A stretch of 64,000 nucleotides of DNA. Origin: Podarcis muralis. Lineage: Eukaryota. Shown here in pieces: positions 61,037 to 64,000 of this stretch. The notes beneath the pieces are model-generated. The model was not told the DNA's origin and searched no databases. It saw only the letters and a list, made by a program, of their open reading frames with translations. The stretch spans positions 30,070,001 through 30,134,000 of the forward strand of contig NC_135656.1 of assembly GCF_964188315.1 (NCBI RefSeq). Direction: 5' to 3'. The position numbers and the translations under genes are program-made. Each line of letters begins with the position of its first letter. Position 1 is the first letter of the stretch.

Positions 61037-64000
61037 CTCCGCCCCTGGTCGTGGCGAATAGTACCAGAATGCATATTAAGTTTTGAACCATACCACTCTT
61101 CGGGTCGAGTCCATCCTTTCTGTTCAGATCACGTCGGAACAGAGAAGGAAAAGTGGTTCCTTCCTCCCTGGTTTTTGAAACTCGGCGGGAGATGCGCAGC
61201 GCCTGAACTTCTTCTTGAGTCCCTTCAAATCGTCTGAAAAGTAAACACAGTTAACTGGAGTAAAGAGGCAGTAAAGTCACTGAGGGATGAAACGCAGAGA
61301 AATAGTAGCTTAAAACAAATAGCTGCAGTCTTAAAGAGCCATTAGTGATTTAAAGGGGATGGAGGGCGGGGGAGGCGGCTTAAGGGGGGAAACTTGCAGG
61401 ATGGTTCGGCAAGAGGAGCCCGACAGTGCGGGGAGGGGAGGTCGAAGGAAGAGGGGAAGAGGCACCGTCTCTCAGTGGAGAGAAACGCCTTGATCGCTCC
61501 ACACACGCGGGGCCACTTTGTTTACAAACCCCCAGACACTTGTGACACCCCTTGTGGGACGCGACAAACGCCTCATCATCTCCTCTCCCACAGCCGTCCT
61601 TACGTTTTATTATTTTATTTTATTTTATTTATTATTATTTTTCTCTCTCTCTCTCTTTCTCTCCTGCTCGAGCAAACTTGCGAAAAGCTAAGCCCAGAGG
61701 TACTTGGCGCGAGGAAACCGGAGCCTCGTATTATAGGCTCTTGAGGTCGGCTTTATTTTCACTACCCAAACTGTTGGAAAGTATTTAAACTTAAGCAGAA
61801 ACAGCTGTATTGCTGGCACCGCTCGTTCTTGCTGCGAAGAAAGACTTTGTAGTCCACGGCTGGCTTCTTTAAAAAGGAGAAAAGTTTTGGCTGCTATTGT
61901 CCGATGAGGTGATTTTTTAATTTTATTTTTATTTTACGTAATTTGTAAATAACCTCGTGCAGTCGTCTCCCCGCCCCAGTGTTATACGCTTTATTAACCC
62001 ATAATACAATATATAATATGACTGTCTCATAGGTTTATATTTAATACCTCCATCTAATCCATCCATCCTTGGGGAAGCAGCTATATCGTGGTAAACTATC
62101 TGGGTATCTTTTAAACTCCCAACTAGCTACTCTATTGATCTGAACTCTGATACATTTATATTGACTTTTGGTCCTTTGTTATACCCTATCAGCACAAGCA
62201 CAGCGAATCGTCTGAAACAGAAAATCTGTATACAGTACTGAATAGTAAGTAAGTCTGTCTGTCCCTGTGGAGTGAGTTTTGTTGTTTTTTTTGCTCCAGA
62301 CTTCAAGCAGTTGGACAGAAATAGTTCATCTTGAAGCCTGATTTGGGGATCACGTCAAAATTATCCGGCATAACTGACTTCTGGATAGGGCGCGGGTCTT
62401 CAAAAGCCATCCAGCCAAAAACTCCCTCCCTGTCTGTCCGTCATTCCCGGAGTTCACAGGAAACGTTTTGTTGGTAAAGCCAAACTGATGTCAAAGAAGT
62501 GTACTTAGGATCGCAGCTTCGTAGGTTTCTTTCGCTCCGATCCCACACGTGCTTAACTCTGAAGTGGGGAGTTATGGATGTCCGTGGAACTTACCGCCAA
62601 GTCAGGAGACAAAGTTAGGATCTCCTGTTTAACTTTATTACCGCTCAAATCCCTCCCCACCTAGGACGGAAAGGTCAATAAAGATCGGTAATAAGTAACA
62701 GAGACTCTTTCTCCACCGCGCAAATCGCGCGTTTATGGTTTTTCTATCGCATATTTCCGTATCCCTCTCACACACGTGCACAACCCCCGTCCCCGTATCT
62801 GTCTGCATGTGTCATGCTGCAAATATGCCTTAAGTCAAAGTTCAACCGAGTTTTGCTCAATATGTTGCCATAAAACGGAACGGCTGCTGCGTTTCAACTT
62901 TTCTACGCAGCAGAACTCCAGAGGAAGGCGAACGCTTTGCTCGTGGAAAAGCGCAGGAGCCCCCCTGGTTTCGGCAGAGGTGGACGAGGGAGCGGAGCGA
63001 GGCTTTTCCTTGGCGACCGAAGGCTGCCTAGGAAAGCGACCCGGCTCTGGTGTGTCTGGATCTTGGGAAGGAAAGAGGTCCAGTCCCAGGAGCAGCAGTC
63101 CTCCTCTTGCTCCGGTGCCACCGAAAAAGAGATGGGGGGCTCGCTTGCTGAGTCGACTTTTCCAGCCCATTGTGTGCATTTGAGTGCTATCCCCCCCCCC
63201 TTCTTTTCCAAATCCCTTTCTCTGCACAAACGTCGCTGCTGCTGCTGTTCAGGAAATGCAGCGTCTGCTTGAGCTGGGTGCAGGAAGGCAGCGCGCTGGC
63301 TGGCGGCTTCGGTGGTGGTACCTAACCCATTCTGGTCCCGCCTCCTCCTCCCGCTATTAAAAGGCACTTTACGCGGTGTGAGGAAGGAGAGGCGTGGGGG
63401 TGTGTGAAGGATAGGCTAAATTATTTCATTTATTTTTGCAATGCGCGCCACACTCGCCACCAAACCGTCCTTGCCTAGAGGATCGAGAACGCCAACGATT
63501 TCCCAAACCTGTCCACTACCCAAGCCGAGGAAACTTGGCATCCCCATTCACCCGGCGTGGACACCCCCTTTATTATTCTACCAACACCCCTGATCTTCGG
63601 ATGGGGGGGGAGTTTCTCTGCAAGGCTTAGGGAGGCGTCGTCGTCGTTTGTTTTGTAAATAAGTCGTTTGAAACACACACACAATAAAACCGTTATAGTA
63701 TCATCGGCTTCTAGAAATGCCACTGAATTTATTCCACCCTCCTTCCCACCCCCACCCCGCATCCTCGCCCCCTACCCCCACCCCCCTACCCCACGGTGAA
63801 TAGGGAGAAGATCAGGCCGTGGGCCTCAGTGCCTTGGCAAGCTGCAGCGAGTCCAGGCTGCAGCGTCTCTCTGCGAAAGGGGGAAGGGGGTGGTGGCTGG
63901 GGAGGGCTGCCTAGATGTGCACCCCTCCCCCCCACCCCGGTCTCCAGAACCAGACAGCTGAGGACCCCCTCCTCCCTCCCCCCTCCGGAGAGCCCCCTCC

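Larger units (their letters stand above)
28900..64000. promoter_or_regulatory. Domain of clustered CpG islands
   Basis: CG dinucleotides and CGCG/GCGC words rise sharply from ~28.9 kb. Island-like blocks at roughly 29.0-30.5, 31.0-39.9, 40.1-43.4, 45.9-46.6, 50.3-51.1, 52.5-53.2, 55.2-56.2, 58.2-60.5 and 61.1-64.0 kb. Judged by eye, not computed. Confidence 0.8.

Noticed and set aside
61000-64000. CBX8 first coding exon (MELSAVGERVFAAE-like chromodomain start)
   Set aside because: Searched for but not seen in any frame. If synteny holds it lies beyond the window.
1-64000. CRISPR arrays, rRNA genes and prokaryotic operons
   Set aside because: This is vertebrate DNA, with no repeat-spacer array or rRNA-like sequence.

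Overview
This is vertebrate genomic DNA from a squamate, probably a lacertid lizard, judged from Sauria SINE, BovB, L2, CR1, L1 and hAT/Tc1-mariner MITEs. The only recognisable protein-coding sequence is the last 27 codons of the Polycomb gene CBX4 (nt 2-85, + strand, KPFFGNIIITDVTANCLTVTFKEYVTV*), followed by its ~0.9-kb 3'UTR. Nt ~1-28.9 kb is CpG-poor and dense in transposons, with several nested insertions. Nt ~28.9-64 kb is a chain of CpG islands, promoter-like motif clusters and microsatellites with no recognisable coding exon. From the conserved vertebrate CBX4-CBX8-CBX2 order, this is most likely the CBX4-CBX8 intergenic region, with CBX8 beyond the right edge (inference). I found no evidence of a new protein-coding system. 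The best leads are regulatory or evolutionary: a twin-CArG orphan promoter, stacked elements at the CBX4 polyA site, CpG-rich repeat relics inside the island domain, long duplications at L2/MITE junctions, and a Penelope half-hammerhead relic. All motif calls were made by eye.
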